Assembly: GCF_041146345.1 (NCBI RefSeq) | Contig: NW_027191409.1 | Location: 1,674,001 to 1,738,000 of the forward strand | Source of the DNA: Neodothiora populina | Taxonomy: Eukaryota | DNA: 64,000 bases | Direction of reading: 5' to 3' | Part shown: one piece after another, positions 62,877 through 64,000 of the stretch | Position numbering within the stretch: position 1 is the first letter of the stretch | How the letters are laid out: each line of letters opens with the position of its first letter | Position numbers and translations under genes: made by a program | The notes under the pieces: generated by a model | What the model saw: only the letters and a program-made list of their open reading frames with translations | Told to the model about the DNA's origin: nothing | Databases searched by the model: none

Positions 62877-63345
62877 GGCAGTATCCGGAGGTTGGTATGG
62901 TGGGGATCCGTTTTCATATGTAGGGGAATCTGATGATGATGCAGCAGCGATAGTCAAATTGCTGTTGGACACTAGGAAGGTCAATATGGACTCGAAAGAT
63001 GACTCCGGCCGGACACCGCTATCGTTCGCAGCAGGACTTTGGTATGGCGCAGGCGCAGCAAGAGTCAAAATCCTGTTAGACACTAATCAGGTCGACATTG
63101 ATTCCAAGGATGCGTCAGGCCGGACACCGTTATGGTACGCAATAGAGGAAGGATTAATCTTGTCAACAGATTCGACAGTCGTTCGTATGCTACTCCACAC
63201 CGGCAAAGTCGACGTGGAGGCTATGGATCACATAGGCCAAACACCACTGGGGAATGCAGAGCAGCAGGGCATGGTGGAGATTGTCAAGTTGATGCACGGG
63301 TATATGGAAGCATCAGGTCATTCTTGCGAGATCTGTCCAGAGTGA
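62875..63345 (+). pseudogene. Ankyrin-repeat fragment (3-4 repeats) of the type found at the C-terminus of fungal NACHT-ANK NLRs
   Basis: IVKLLLDTRKVNMDSKDDSGRTPLSFAA, VKILLDTNQVDIDSKDASGRTPLWYA, VVRMLLHTGKVDVEAMDHIGQTPL. Begins mid-repeat; no NACHT domain upstream. Confidence 0.8.
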
Positions 63346-64000
63346 AGGCCAGTCCTTCCCAAGATAGTCATAGGATACGTCAGATTGAATTCCAGTAAGC
63401 AAGCATTTGCCATGGTCAAGTCCAGTAATCAAGCATTAGACGTCTTAGACTTGTTGTGCGTGTGAGGCATGCCCTCTCGCAGGACGCCGGAACACTCGAC
63501 GAGGTTGACAAGCTAAAATACAAGTGGGTTTCGGGGCATGCTATGGAGCCATTCTTGGTATTACCTTGAAGAGTTGGGGGCACTCAATGGTTGAATTGAG
63601 CGACAGCTCAGAAAGGACAAATTGAGAGATTTGCTAGTCAATAGCAGAGGCGGAGAGTTGTCAATAGTGTACCTTAAGGTAAGGTACAGGTAGGTATTAA
63701 CAACAACAAGTTGTGAAACGTCAAAGTGAGAAGCTTGGCGGTGGGATGGCGAGGCTCGAGCTCCAGTTTGAGATTGGCTGGAGATGTTCTTGTGGTGGAA
63801 GAGACGAAATGTGAGATTAAAGTTGGTGGAATTGCGGAGTAGAAGGCGCAGGTGCATTCATTTCCAGCAGTTTGAGAGTTTGGGGCAACTGGCGGGAAGG
63901 AGGTGGAGCGTGCAGCGCAACGTCAGAGACGGGAATTTGTGGCAGCAGCAAGTAACAATAGCAGTGACGGCAGAGATTCACTTGGTTGATAACAATAATT

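Noticed and set aside
62877..63083. N-terminal extension of the 156-aa minus ORF (MSNRILTLAAP..)
   Set aside because: It is the reverse complement of the ankyrin coding sequence, not a genuine effector N-terminus.
1..64000. tRNA, rRNA, TPP riboswitch or secondary-metabolite cluster
   Set aside because: No cloverleaf, rRNA-like or TPP aptamer motifs recognised by eye. No PKS, NRPS or terpene synthase is present, and the ADH, MFS and P450 genes are dispersed among housekeeping genes. A tRNAscan/Infernal run would be needed to exclude small RNAs.

Overview
Eukaryotic, intron-rich, gene-dense DNA from a filamentous ascomycete (Pezizomycotina). A Eurotiomycete/black-yeast affinity is my impression only. 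About 25 protein-coding loci were reconstructed by joining ORF fragments across GT..AG introns. Core genes: CYT1, a Net1/Dnt1-like nucleolar protein with Myb-like repeats, a Zn-dependent alcohol dehydrogenase, PAM17, a RhoGAP, BET2, RSA4, an MFS anion:cation transporter, CYP51B/ERG11, a Chk2-type FHA kinase, ATG10, a U2B''/U1A-type RRM protein, ARC40, an LRR protein and a GPI-anchored aspartic protease. From about 40 kb the genes look less conserved: orphans, a small Cys-rich secreted protein with a duplicated module, an F-box/NTase-like protein and a repeat-built C2H2 factor. The most notable locus is 62.1-63.3 kb. A HeLo-like/SesA-type effector ending in a two-repeat HET-s-like (HRAM-type) amyloid motif abuts, head-to-head and with no intergenic space, a run of NLR-type ankyrin repeats. 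I read this as the deletion relic of a divergently transcribed NLR/amyloid-signalling gene pair. I recognised no rRNA, tRNA, CRISPR array or intact transposon. All homology calls come from motif recognition by eye, not database searches.
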